Under the pieces are notes generated by a model, which was not told the origin of the DNA, made no database searches, and saw only the letters and a list, made by a program, of their open reading frames with translations. Of a DNA stretch of 64,000 bases, positions 24,881 through 34,783 are shown one piece after another. Each line of letters begins with the position of its first letter. The stretch's first letter is position 1. The position numbers and the translations under genes were made by a program. Origin of the DNA: Escherichia coli (GTDB taxonomy: Bacteria > Pseudomonadota > Gammaproteobacteria > Enterobacterales > Enterobacteriaceae); NCBI RefSeq assembly GCF_030013595.1, contig NZ_CP122768.1; one strand, given 5' to 3'.

Positions 24881-26602
24881 ATGCGCGCTTTGCTACCCTA
24901 TCTGGCACTGTATAAACGTCATAAATGGATGTTAAGTCTTGGTATTGCGCTGGCAATTGTCACACTGCTCGCCAGTATCGGTCTGTTGACACTTTCCGGC
25001 TGGTTCCTCTCCGCCTCAGCGGTAGCGGGGGTTGCCGGACTGTATAGCTTCAACTATATGCTACCCGCTGCGGGCGTGCGTGGCGCAGCAATCACCCGTA
25101 CTGCCGGGCGCTATTTTGAACGTCTGGTAAGTCACGACGCGACTTTCCGCGTGTTGCAGCATCTGCGCATTTACACCTTCAGCAAATTGCTGCCCCTATC
25201 CCCTGCCGGACTGGCGCGCTATCGTCAGGGCGAATTGCTCAACCGCGTGGTGGCGGATGTTGATACGCTCGATCATCTTTACCTGCGCGTTATCTCGCCG
25301 CTGGTGGGCGCTTTTGTGGTGATTATGGTGGTGACAATCGGGTTAAGTTTCCTTGATTTCACCCTCGCCTTTACGCTGGGCGGCATTATGTTACTGACGC
25401 TTTTCCTGATGCCACCGCTGTTTTATCGTGCGGGAAAAAGCACCGGGCAAAATCTGACTCATCTTCGCGGGCAGTATCGCCAACAACTGACGGCCTGGCT
25501 GCAAGGGCAAGCTGAGCTGACCATTTTTGGTGCCAGCGATCGTTATCGCACGCAGTTAGAGAATACCGAAATTCAGTGGCTGGAAGCGCAACGACGTCAA
25601 TCTGAACTCACCGCATTGTCGCAAGCGATAATGCTGCTCATTGGCGCGTTAGCGGTGATCCTGATGCTGTGGATGGCGTCTGGCGGCGTTGGCGGCAATG
25701 CTCAACCCGGCGCGTTAATTGCCCTGTTTGTCTTCTGCGCGTTAGCCGCGTTTGAAGCACTGGCACCAGTAACGGGTGCATTTCAGCATCTGGGGCAAGT
25801 CATTGCCTCTGCCGTACGGATCACTGACTTAACGGATCAAAAACCGGAGGTCACCTTCCCTGATACCCAAACTCGTGTTGTCGATCGCGTTTCGCTGACG
25901 TTACGGGATGTTCAGTTCACTTATCCGGAGCAATCCCAACAGGCACTTAAAGGGATTTCTCTTCAGGTAAACGCCGGAGAACATATAGCGATTCTCGGGC
26001 GAACCGGATGCGGCAAATCAACACTGTTACAACTGCTGACCCGCGCATGGGACCCGCAACAGGGCGAGATTTTGCTTAACGATAGCCCCATAGCCAGCCT
26101 GAATGAAGCGACTCTACGACAGACCATCAGCGTTGTGCCACAGCGAGTGCATCTGTTTAGCGCCACGCTGCGTGATAATCTGTTACTCGCCTCACCTGGC
26201 AGTAGTGATGAGGCTCTGGCGGAGATCTTACGTCGCGTTGGTCTGGAGAAGCTGCTCGAGGATGCAGGTCTCAACAGTTGGTTAGGTGAAGGCGGACGCC
26301 AGCTCTCCGGTGGTGAACTGCGCCGTCTGGCTATCGCCCGTGCGCTGTTACATGATGCGCCTCTGGTATTGCTGGATGAACCTACAGAAGGCTTAGATGC
26401 CACAACCGAAAGTCAGATCCTTGAATTGCTTGCAGAAATGATGCATGAGAAAACGGTGTTAATGGTCACCCATCGACTTCGCGGACTCTCTCGTTTCCAA
26501 CAAATAATAGTGATGGACAACGGGCAAATTATTGAGCAAGGTACTCACGCAGAACTGCTTGCCAGACAGGGGCGTTATTACCAGTTTAAGCAGGGTTTGT
26601 AA
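24881..26602 (+). CDS. cydC: Cysteine/glutathione ABC exporter subunit CydC
   Basis: 573 aa, Walker A GRTGCGKSTL, ABC signature LSGGE; start abuts cydD stop. Confidence 0.9.
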   Translation: MRALLPYLALYKRHKWMLSLGIALAIVTLLASIGLLTLSGWFLSASAVAGVAGLYSFNYMLPAAGVRGAAITRTAGRYFERLVSHDATFRVLQHLRIYTFSKLLPLSPAGLARYRQGELLNRVVADVDTLDHLYLRVISPLVGAFVVIMVVTIGLSFLDFTLAFTLGGIMLLTLFLMPPLFYRAGKSTGQNLTHLRGQYRQQLTAWLQGQAELTIFGASDRYRTQLENTEIQWLEAQRRQSELTALSQAIMLLIGALAVILMLWMASGGVGGNAQPGALIALFVFCALAAFEALAPVTGAFQHLGQVIASAVRITDLTDQKPEVTFPDTQTRVVDRVSLTLRDVQFTYPEQSQQALKGISLQVNAGEHIAILGRTGCGKSTLLQLLTRAWDPQQGEILLNDSPIASLNEATLRQTISVVPQRVHLFSATLRDNLLLASPGSSDEALAEILRRVGLEKLLEDAGLNSWLGEGGRQLSGGELRRLAIARALLHDAPLVLLDEPTEGLDATTESQILELLAEMMHEKTVLMVTHRLRGLSRFQQIIVMDNGQIIEQGTHAELLARQGRYYQFKQGL

Positions 26603-26643
26603 GCTATTATTGAACGATCCGACTTGCGTGGAGTTTTGCGGTC

Positions 26644-27348
26644 ATGCGCCTGGTTCAACTTTCTCGCCATTCAATAGCCTTCCCTTCCCCGGAAGGCGCA
26701 TTACGTGAGCCTAACGGCCTGCTGGCACTTGGGGGCGATCTTAGCCCTGCGCGCCTGTTAATGGCTTACCAGCGTGGTATTTTTCCGTGGTTTTCTCCCG
26801 GCGACCCCATCCTCTGGTGGTCGCCCGATCCCCGCGCGGTGTTATGGCCAGAATCACTGCATATCAGCCGTAGTATGAAGCGATTTCATAAACGCTCGCC
26901 CTATCGAGTCACGATGAATTACGCTTTTGGTCAGGTCATTGAAGGCTGTGCCAGCGATCGCGAAGAAGGAACCTGGATCACGCGTGGCGTGGTCGAAGCC
27001 TACCATCGCCTTCACGAACTCGGTCATGCCCACTCTATTGAAGTCTGGCGTGAAGATGAGCTTGTCGGCGGTATGTACGGCGTGGCCCAGGGAACGCTAT
27101 TTTGTGGCGAGTCCATGTTCAGCCGGATGGAAAATGCGTCTAAAACGGCGCTTCTGGTATTCTGTGAGGAATTTATTGGTCATGGCGGTAAACTTATCGA
27201 CTGCCAGGTCCTTAACGATCACACAGCGTCGCTTGGTGCCTGCGAAATTCCCCGCCGGGATTACCTCAATTATCTCAATCAAATGCGCCTCGGACGATTG
27301 CCGAATAATTTCTGGGTACCACGGTGCTTGTTTTCACCACAAGAATGA
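26644..27348 (+). CDS. aat: Leucyl/phenylalanyl-tRNA--protein transferase
   Basis: 234 aa, L/F-transferase-like sequence; conserved position before infA. Confidence 0.9.
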
Positions 27349-27629
27349 ATGTTTTCGGCACATTTCTCCCCAGAGTGTTATAATTGCGGTCGCAGAGTTG
27401 GTTACGCTCATTACCCCGCTGCCGATAAGGAATTTTTCGCGTCAGGTAACGCCCATCGTTTATCTCACCGCTCCCTTATACGTTGCGCTTTTGGTGCGGC
27501 TTAGCCGTGTGTTTTCGGAGTAATGTGCCGAACCTGTTTGTTGCGATTTAGCGCGCAAATCTTTACTTATTTACAGAACTTCGGCATTATCTTGCCGGTT
27601 CAAATTACGGTAGTGATACCCCAGAGGAT

Positions 27630-27851
<222 letters not shown>

Positions 27852-28104
27852 TTGTTTTACCGCCTGATGGGCGAAGAGAAAGAACGAGTAAAAGGTCGGT
27901 TTAACCGGCCTTTTTATTTTGTGATATGTATGAAGTACTTTGGAAGTATAAGTCCATAACTTGTCTCGATGTAGATATACTGCACAACTTGTTTACAGTA
28001 TGAGCAAACAATAATTATCATTAAAATTCTCCTTGACCGTTTTACTCCAACTCCCTATAGTAGCGCCCCGTTGCCACCCATGAGGTTTGGTAGCAAAACA
28101 ATTT

Positions 28105-28192
28105 GGTGAGGTGTCCGAGTGGCTGAAGGAGCACGCCTGGAAAGTGTGTATACGGCAACGTATCGGGGGTTCGAATCCCCCCCTCACCGCCA
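28105..28192 (+). tRNA. serW: tRNA-Ser (anticodon GGA), long variable arm, CCA encoded
   Basis: GGTGAGGTGTCCGAGTGGCTGAAGGAGCACGCCTGGAAAGTG...GGGGTTCGAATCCCCCCCTCACCGCCA; acceptor stem pairs, anticodon loop CTGGAAA. Confidence 0.9.
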
Positions 28193-28198
28193 GATTAT

Positions 28199-28233
28199 AA
28201 GCGCATGTTATTGTTTAACATGCGCTTTTTTAT
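28199..28233 (+). terminator. Hairpin terminator immediately after tRNA-Ser
   Basis: aagcgcatgtta...taacatgcgctt inverted repeat followed by T6. Confidence 0.65.
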
Positions 28234-28341
28234 TTATCCTTCCGGACAGTATGCCATCGGGTATGCCATCTGAAACCGGTTTATATGCCCCGCGATCATA
28301 TCTTATCGGACAATTTCCGATCTTTGAGCATACTGGCAAAG

Positions 28342-29184
28342 CTATACTGCCAGCATGTCAGGATAGTGTTTTGCGATAATATCATTCAGTCTGTCAACCA
28401 GTTCTGGTTTCCTGAACGTGATGTGTGCGGAGCCCTTCTTAAAGTATCTGATGCTGAACATCTCATCTTCATAGCTCTCTTTACCCTGAACAGACTGAAT
28501 GTGATCATCCAGACGAAGGGTGATGTTTCCCCGGTTGTCGGGGATTGGTTTGCCGCTGAACAGGTGCAGCATTCTTTCCAGGTCGGCAAGTCGATCTGCC
28601 TGTTGCCCGCTGTTCAGATGAAATCCCCACCGGTCCCATCTCACCAGATTGTTGACGATAATTTTATTACCAAATTTACAGGGGGAGTTGGTTTTGTAAT
28701 TCCAGCTCAACCCTCTGAAGACGTTGATCACCCCTCGCTCAAACACCTCATCCTTATTCTGGTGCAGTTGTTCAAATGTGCTCAGGATGTTCGCTTCGCT
28801 GATTTCCGGAAAATTATCGTACTCCAGTGACCGGTACCATGTATCACGGGCCTGCGCATCCATTAATGACAGCATCCCGGAACGTTGCATCAGGTCACGC
28901 CAGATTTCTCGATCGAGATTGCGGGTGATGGCTTTCATTGCTGCTTCCGGTTTTTCCATCAGCCAGCAGCCACAGCGAAAATCCTGTTTCATCGCCCAGT
29001 CCAGTGCGGTTTTACCGCCAATACTTTCTGTCATTGCTGAGATTTCAGCCAGTTGCCGGATAAGTGTGTCGATTTGCAGCAGCGTACTCTTTCGTACAGT
29101 CAGAATGTGGCGGATACTGGTTGAGCAGATAACGTCCGTATGCCCGTTGACCACTTCCGGACGGGAGGCTGTGATATCAGACAT
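28342..29184 (-). CDS. Island-associated hypothetical protein (280 aa), last gene of the toxin-antitoxin-distal module
   Basis: Long ORF with good coding look; no recognisable motif by eye. Confidence 0.5.
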   Translation of the reverse strand: MSDITASRPEVVNGHTDVICSTSIRHILTVRKSTLLQIDTLIRQLAEISAMTESIGGKTALDWAMKQDFRCGCWLMEKPEAAMKAITRNLDREIWRDLMQRSGMLSLMDAQARDTWYRSLEYDNFPEISEANILSTFEQLHQNKDEVFERGVINVFRGLSWNYKTNSPCKFGNKIIVNNLVRWDRWGFHLNSGQQADRLADLERMLHLFSGKPIPDNRGNITLRLDDHIQSVQGKESYEDEMFSIRYFKKGSAHITFRKPELVDRLNDIIAKHYPDMLAV

Positions 29185-29268
29185 AATCGATATTCCTTTT
29201 TGCAGATAAATGAAAACGCCAGCCCTGTTCAGGCTGGCGTCAGTGGAATGAAGTCTGGTGAGTAAGAC

Positions 29269-29466
29269 TCACTGGTTCTGTTGCAGAAACTGCAACTGGC
29301 GCAGGGTACGGATATCCTCCCTGGCCTGTTCAATGCAGGGCAGCAGTGCTGCCGAATCCGTTTTATCCTCATCGTTGTCAAAGATAATTCCCGATTCGCA
29401 GTCGATATTGTCCTGTAGCCACGCAATCAGAATATCCAGTGCGGTTTCCGTGGTTAATGATTTCAT
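29269..29466 (-). CDS. Small hypothetical protein (start may be 29511)
   Basis: ORF MKSLTTETALDILIAWLQDNIDCESGIIFDNDEDK...; overlaps stop of upstream gene. Confidence 0.35.
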   Translation of the reverse strand: MKSLTTETALDILIAWLQDNIDCESGIIFDNDEDKTDSAALLPCIEQAREDIRTLRQLQFLQQNQ

Positions 29467-29477
29467 GTTGTTCCTGG

Positions 29478-29966
29478 TTACCAGTCGAAAGTGGGCAGGT
29501 CCGGCAGACATTCAGCGCTGGCATCCAGATGAATGAGACTGACGCCATAACGTTGGATGAGTGTGACAACCAGACGACGGAACGTTTTTGACAGCCCCAG
29601 GCGCTTGAGCCGCAGAACCGGATATGACCACGCATCGGTACGTAACAGATATCCGCTACCTGTGAAATGAATCCATTCTGATTCACCGAAGTCACTGGTC
29701 TGGTGTGACAGCGAGTACAGCCAGGCGTTATCCTTTTCCGTGATATGTGCGGTACTGCAGCGTATGCCGGCAAGGGTTGCAAACGGTGGTAGTGTGCAGG
29801 TTGACTGTTGGTCGGATTCCTCCACCACGCGGAGTGAATAACCGTTTTCAGCGACCTTGTTAATCAGTTCAGTGAGATTAACACCATCGACGTCAGCGAC
29901 AATTCGCCCCATGTTCAGTGCCTGCACGTTAATGCTGTCGGCTTCCAGCGTCAGGGCCAGTTTCAT
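29478..29966 (-). CDS. Hypothetical protein immediately downstream of CbtA toxin (YeeW-position gene)
   Basis: 162-aa ORF, start overlaps cbtA stop by 4 bp (ATGA), indicating coupling. Confidence 0.45.
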   Translation of the reverse strand: MKLALTLEADSINVQALNMGRIVADVDGVNLTELINKVAENGYSLRVVEESDQQSTCTLPPFATLAGIRCSTAHITEKDNAWLYSLSHQTSDFGESEWIHFTGSGYLLRTDAWSYPVLRLKRLGLSKTFRRLVVTLIQRYGVSLIHLDASAECLPDLPTFDW

Positions 29967-30340
29967 TGTTTCGCCCCCGGATGTTTACCCAAGGTAATGT
30001 TATTTACCGTTCTGTAATTGTCGCGGGTCATCAGGCCTGTCGCCCGGCGGGCCCGGAGGATATCGATGCTGTTTATTAACTGAGAGTGGGTACAGGCGCT
30101 GAATCCCGGCTGGTCGGTACGCACCAGTGCGTATTTTTCCACGAGAAAGTTCACCGCATCACACAGTGAAATGCCAGCTTCAATATGCTGCTCAATCACA
30201 CGTTCATCGGCAAACGGTGTGTCATTCAGTGTGAGGCCGTAGTGCTGGTCCAGCAGTCGGGACAGCAGTATCTGCCAGATTTCAACAGGAGACGGGCGAG
30301 AACTGGCCGCCTGCCCGGGTAATACAGGTAATGTTTTCAT
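29963..30340 (-). CDS. cbtA: CbtA/YeeV/YkfI/YpjF-family toxin (type IV TA, cytoskeleton-binding)
   Basis: MKTLPVLPGQAASSRPSPVEIWQILLSRLLDQHYGLTLNDTPFADERVIEQHIEAGISLCDAVNFLVEKYALVRTD... near-identical to remembered K-12 YeeV. Confidence 0.8.
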   Translation of the reverse strand: MKTLPVLPGQAASSRPSPVEIWQILLSRLLDQHYGLTLNDTPFADERVIEQHIEAGISLCDAVNFLVEKYALVRTDQPGFSACTHSQLINSIDILRARRATGLMTRDNYRTVNNITLGKHPGAKQ

Positions 30341-30428
30341 ACTGAAGATTTTCCTGATATGCAGATATAAAAATGGGAAAGTGGCGTGGTGAAAACACCA
30401 GGCCGTAGCAGAAGGCTATTCTGGAGAG

Positions 30429-30797
30429 TTAATTTTTCATTTTGGGCGTCGGATAAACAGCCAGATAAACGTAACCACAACTGCTGAGGGTATCGGCTTT
30501 GCAGGTCAGCCCTCTGGCATACAGCGTGACGGTATGCTGATGGCGGGGATTCAGTTCACCGCTGGTGAGCATGAGCTCCAGTTGTTTCATCAGCAGCGGA
30601 AGGGCCTGGTCCAGGTGGTACGCATCCGCGTCGCTGAACCGGCCTCTGATACCGGCACGGTCGGCAAGGTAATGCAACCGGTTACCCTCCTGCACCAGAC
30701 GTGCCCCAAAACAGGGCGTCACGGTGCAGGGTAGCCCCCACCAGGGGCGGTCGTTGTTATCGTCGGGATAATTTGTTTCATGGAGTGAGTCTGACAC
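30429..30797 (-). CDS. cbeA: CbeA/YeeU/YafW/YfjZ-family antitoxin (GTG start with AAGGA RBS; ORF-track start at 30905 is over-extension)
   Basis: ...PDDNNDRPWWGLPCTVTPCFGARLVQEGNRLHYLADRAGIRGRFSDADAYHLDQALPLLMKQLELMLTSGELNPRHQHTVTLYARGLTCKADTL... Confidence 0.8.
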   Translation of the reverse strand: MSDSLHETNYPDDNNDRPWWGLPCTVTPCFGARLVQEGNRLHYLADRAGIRGRFSDADAYHLDQALPLLMKQLELMLTSGELNPRHQHTVTLYARGLTCKADTLSSCGYVYLAVYPTPKMKN

Positions 30798-30846
30798 GAT
30801 AAAATCCTTACAGAAAATCGGTGAATGATAGTTTAACGATGACGAG

Positions 30847-31494
30847 TCAGCCGGCGCGCAGACCGGCTTCGGTGAAGGTGTATTCGTTGATGAGAAGGGC
30901 CTCATCCACAGCGGCGTCTGAGGTCAGCCAGTCGTACTCGTTTTCCAGTTGACGGTACAACCAGAAGGCCAGGTCGCGCAGGGCTTCGCTGACTGCGGCT
31001 TCCGCATCGGTTGTCATAGCCTGACCAGTCGGACTGTTCCGGGTGACGGTGATATCCATGCTGTACGGATGGCAGTAACGTCCCCTGTGACTGATTTCAG
31101 CCTGCAACTGCCAGAAGTTACGTTTCTGCACCGCCTGCAGGGCATCCGTGATACGATGAAGCTCACGGTCCTGCGGGGCATATTCCCTGATTTTCCGGGG
31201 TGCCGCTGGCTGCCAGTGCCAGCGCCCTTCAAAACAGGCTCCGTCCCCCTGGCTGCAGAATCCGCTGAACCAGATGCACGGCTCTTCCATAAACCTGCCG
31301 TTGCTGAGCCGGAAAACGCGCTGGCGGAGGCTAATCCCGAAAATGTTACAGACCTCCCTGAAGTCTTCATACACGTTTTCATACCAGTTGCTGTTAGCAT
31401 GATACTGACGGTACCAGTCGCGGGCTTTTTCCCGTGCAGCAGGGCAGGAAAGTTCATCCAGCGTATACACAGTGGTGGTGATAATGCTGCTCAT
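30847..31494 (-). CDS. Hypothetical 215-aa protein inserted between yeeT-like and cbeA
   Basis: Clean ORF MSSIITTTVYTLDELSCPAAREKARDWYRQYHANSNWYENVYEDF...; not part of the canonical yeeS-yeeT-yeeU-yeeV order as I remember it. Confidence 0.5.
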   Translation of the reverse strand: MSSIITTTVYTLDELSCPAAREKARDWYRQYHANSNWYENVYEDFREVCNIFGISLRQRVFRLSNGRFMEEPCIWFSGFCSQGDGACFEGRWHWQPAAPRKIREYAPQDRELHRITDALQAVQKRNFWQLQAEISHRGRYCHPYSMDITVTRNSPTGQAMTTDAEAAVSEALRDLAFWLYRQLENEYDWLTSDAAVDEALLINEYTFTEAGLRAG

Positions 31495-31512
31495 CAGAAT
31501 CCCCTTTCTGAT

Positions 31513-31734
31513 TCAGTTCAGGGTGACGCTCATCAGCCGGACATACGGGCCAAAACTGTCCTTACGGCGTTCTGCAAACACAGCCAGCACACCGGGAATA
31601 TCCTGCACTTCACGACCGGTATACGCCTCAGCACTGCCGTGCCAGCGGTACTTACCGGTGCAGAACGGAAAAAGACGGGATGCCGGATGCTGACGGTGAA
31701 TGCGCATGGCTTCACCACGGGTGATAATTTTCAT
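31513..31734 (-). CDS. YeeT/YkfH/YpjJ-family protein (DUF987)
   Basis: 73 aa MKIITRGEAMRIHRQHPASRLFPFCTGKYRWHGSAEAYTGREVQDIPGVLAVFAERRKDS... Confidence 0.7.
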   Translation of the reverse strand: MKIITRGEAMRIHRQHPASRLFPFCTGKYRWHGSAEAYTGREVQDIPGVLAVFAERRKDSFGPYVRLMSVTLN

Positions 31735-31802
31735 AATGGGATACCTCTGAAGACAGAAGATAAAAGTGAAAACAGGTGTGATGTGGTTGTGACGGTGACG
31801 GG

Positions 31803-32294
31803 TTAAAGCAGACCGTGTTCGGCAAAGGAGAATACCTGGCTGCCACCGACTATCAGATGGTCCGGCACCCGGATATCCACCAGGCCCAGTGCCTGTACCA
31901 GACGTTCCGTGATAAGGCGGTCTGCCTTGCTGGGTGTGACTTCACCGGACGGGTGATTGTGTGCCAGTACCACAGCAGCGGCATTGTGATACAGGGCGCG
32001 TTTAATCACTTCCCGGGGATGGACTTCCGTGCGGTTGATGGTGCCGGTGAAGAGGGTTTCACCGGCAATCAACTGATTCTGGTTGTTCAGATACAGTACC
32101 CGGAACTCTTCCCGCTCCAGTCCTGCCATGTTCAGAATCAGCCATTCCCGTGCCGCATGCGTGGAGGTGAAGGCCACACCGGGTTCATGAAGATGGCGGT
32201 CCAGGGTTTTCAGGGCCCGCTGAATGAGGCTGCGCTCACCGGGCGTCATCTCTCCGGGCAGAAAGGAAAGCTGTTGCATTGTGCTTCTCTCCAT
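31803..32294 (-). CDS. RadC-like JAB/MPN-domain protein (YeeS/YkfG/YfjY family); start possibly at 32279
   Basis: JAMM motif HNHPSGE, ...LITERLVQALGLVDIRVPDHLIVGG... Confidence 0.8.
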   Translation of the reverse strand: MERSTMQQLSFLPGEMTPGERSLIQRALKTLDRHLHEPGVAFTSTHAAREWLILNMAGLEREEFRVLYLNNQNQLIAGETLFTGTINRTEVHPREVIKRALYHNAAAVVLAHNHPSGEVTPSKADRLITERLVQALGLVDIRVPDHLIVGGSQVFSFAEHGLL

Positions 32295-32780
32295 TCAGTC
32301 GATGATGCGCATAATGGCGCTGCATTCCGGATGCTGCAGGGCATAATCCCGCAGCCGGTAATAATGGACCGTCATGGCATAACACTCCGTACGACAGGCA
32401 TGATGACTGTACGTCATCAGACAGGCAGCAATGCCGGCGGCTTCCGGGCTCATTTCAGCGCGGTTACCGTTCATGACATTGAACAGTACCCATGTTTCGT
32501 CATCATCGTCATCCGGTTCGGGGGCCATAAATGCCCCGCCGTTGTTCAGGGTGTACAGATTCCAGATACCACCGCAGTAGTCTTCACACAGACGGTCCAT
32601 CCAGCCGAAGACACGGGGCTCCAGGGTCACCCACTGTGGAATAAGGCCAAAATGTTGCGGCCAGAAGCTGATGCGCTGTTCATCAGGGACGAGAGTAGCA
32701 ACCAGCTGAGGTGGGTTATTCCCTGATGCAGCGGTTACGGAAACAGAAGGTGTGGTGGAATTATGCGTAACGGTTGTCAT
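32295..32780 (-). CDS. Antirestriction protein (KlcA/ArdB-like; YafX/YfjX family)
   Basis: 161 aa with acidic stretch PEPDDDDDETW and conserved position next to radC-like gene. Confidence 0.7.
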   Translation of the reverse strand: MTTVTHNSTTPSVSVTAASGNNPPQLVATLVPDEQRISFWPQHFGLIPQWVTLEPRVFGWMDRLCEDYCGGIWNLYTLNNGGAFMAPEPDDDDDETWVLFNVMNGNRAEMSPEAAGIAACLMTYSHHACRTECYAMTVHYYRLRDYALQHPECSAIMRIID

Positions 32781-32871
32781 GAGATTATTCCTTATAAAAA
32801 GTAAATGAATGGAAGAATGTCCGGAGGCAGGGACGGAAGTGAGTCAGGACTGCGCTTTCAGGGAAAAGGCA

Positions 32872-33690
32872 TCAGCGCATGCTCTCCAGCAGCGTTTCTG
32901 CCATCACCCACAATGCGCGATTGAGCTTAATGTCGGTGTCGATGCTGTGAATGGCCCGGGTGTGGATACGTTTTCCTCTGGCACTGCGACCGGAAATTCC
33001 GCCTTTCAGCATATTCTCCTGGATGGTCTGATATGCGCTCCACAGGTCCTTGCCGTAATCCTCCCTGCGTCGTGGTGTCAGAATGTCAGCAGTGGTGACG
33101 GGCTGATGTTCGTCACCATAACGGTAAGTCAGTGCCGCCTGCGCCAGTGCCTGGCGTGCCGGTGGCGGCAGGACCAGCGACTGCATGGCATCACGTTTCT
33201 CCTCAATCCGGTCAAACACGCCCACCACTTCGTAAGCCCCTTCAATAACTTTCTCCACCACGTTTCCCCGGTGCGGAACACGCACTTCCCCCAGAGACTG
33301 ACCACAGACGCAGCCGTTCTGGCAGACGAATCTGAAGTAACCCGGCAGCATCTGGTAGCTGGAGGTACCGTCATGGGAGTTGAGCAGAATAATTTCAGGG
33401 ACATGTTGTCCGGTTATCTCCCCGTCACGCCGCAGACGCAGCATGTGTTTTGTGTATTCCCGGCGACCCGGGTCACGCACACGTGTCTGGCAGGCGAAGA
33501 ATGGCTGAAAGCCTTCCCGCTGCAGACTTTCCAGTACGGTGATGGTGGGAATGTACGCATAGCGTTCACTGCGGGAGGTATGCCGGTCTTCTCCAAAAAT
33601 ACTGGGAACATAGTGCATCAGCTCTTCATGTGTCAGTGGACGTTCACGGCGTATCTGGTTTGTATAACCAAAACGACTGGCTAATCGCAT
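32872..33690 (-). CDS. DUF932-family protein (YafZ/YfjQ-like)
   Basis: 272 aa; family assignment from remembered similarity to CP4 prophage proteins. Confidence 0.65.
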   Translation of the reverse strand: MRLASRFGYTNQIRRERPLTHEELMHYVPSIFGEDRHTSRSERYAYIPTITVLESLQREGFQPFFACQTRVRDPGRREYTKHMLRLRRDGEITGQHVPEIILLNSHDGTSSYQMLPGYFRFVCQNGCVCGQSLGEVRVPHRGNVVEKVIEGAYEVVGVFDRIEEKRDAMQSLVLPPPARQALAQAALTYRYGDEHQPVTTADILTPRRREDYGKDLWSAYQTIQENMLKGGISGRSARGKRIHTRAIHSIDTDIKLNRALWVMAETLLESMR

Positions 33691-34100
33691 AATTGCTCCT
33701 TATGAATGATTAAGCGGTATAAATGAAAAAACCGCGTCTCCCGGAGAAGACGCGGCCTGATGGGTGAAATGAATGAGGTTTATTGTCCGGGAAGCCCTTC
33801 ACTGGTGAGCCACGCATTAAGTTGTTTGCCTGCATAGGGTTCAGAATTCCGGCAGCGCCAGCGTCGCTGACCTTCCGCGTTGCGGATAATCCGCCGGAAA
33901 TGCATTCCTGGATAAACACATTGCGGTAAGCTGTTATGACAGCAACTGTCTGTTTGCGTGAGAAAGGATCTTCGGAAAATAAAAGTAATGTACAGCCCGT
34001 CATGTATTTTCAGGTAAAAATAAAGCCCCTGCCATTATGGCAGAGGATTTATTTACATTTGATATTAATAACGCGCAGATAAGATACTATAATTCATACA

Positions 34101-34514
34101 TTAAATTTTGATTTCGTCAAGCCCGACAATCTTATGAATCGTATTGTCGTAAAGTTTAACGCCCGGTTTACCGTTTTTTAGGGTAACGAAACCGGCGGTG
34201 ATGTTGCCTTCACAACTTTGATTGTTGTTGTATTTGATGGTCTGGGCTTTACCGGTATAGAAATTAATTACGCCGTATAAACCATCCCAGCACGCTGTAC
34301 CCCCCATGGCGTGTACCAGACCGTATTGCATGTCTTTGGATGTGCCCAGGTATTCACAACCTCCGTCGATAGTATCAGTACCCTGACACCAGAATTCTGT
34401 ACCGTCAGTAACGTCAGTCAGGTTGGTCGGTAAAGGAACGGCATTGTTTGCTGATACATTAGCAGTAAAGAAACTGATAACTGCAATCATTAAAATAGTG
34501 ATGATATTTTTCAT
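34101..34514 (-). CDS. Small secreted cysteine-containing protein (signal peptide), function unknown
   Basis: MKNIITILMIAVISFFTANVSA signal, 4 Cys in mature part, terminator hairpin downstream (34021..34050). Confidence 0.5.
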   Translation of the reverse strand: MKNIITILMIAVISFFTANVSANNAVPLPTNLTDVTDGTEFWCQGTDTIDGGCEYLGTSKDMQYGLVHAMGGTACWDGLYGVINFYTGKAQTIKYNNNQSCEGNITAGFVTLKNGKPGVKLYDNTIHKIVGLDEIKI

Positions 34515-34783
34515 GATAAATACTCCATTGTTTCTGATGTTAAATAAAAGTATAAAAACTGTTTCTGCAATACTTATAATCCACTCGAGAGGTCAGGATT
34601 AACCCCCGACTTGTTTATTAAACACATACCTGAAGATATGACCTTCAACATGGTGATATATTTATACTATGTTTCTGACTGTCTCCTGAATCAAATAAAA
34701 TATATCCGTTCCATGATGAACATCATTTACCTGTTAAGAACACTAATAACCTGATTATTTAGCAAACTCTGCGAGAAAGAATA

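Noticed and set aside
28193-29200. Search for an integrase gene directly downstream of tRNA-Ser
   Set aside because: None found; the first gene is a 280-aa hypothetical on the opposite strand, and no tyrosine-recombinase motifs were seen in any frame.
33710-34003. 97-aa minus-strand ORF upstream of the DUF932 gene
   Set aside because: No RBS, overlaps hairpin structures and reads like intergenic sequence.
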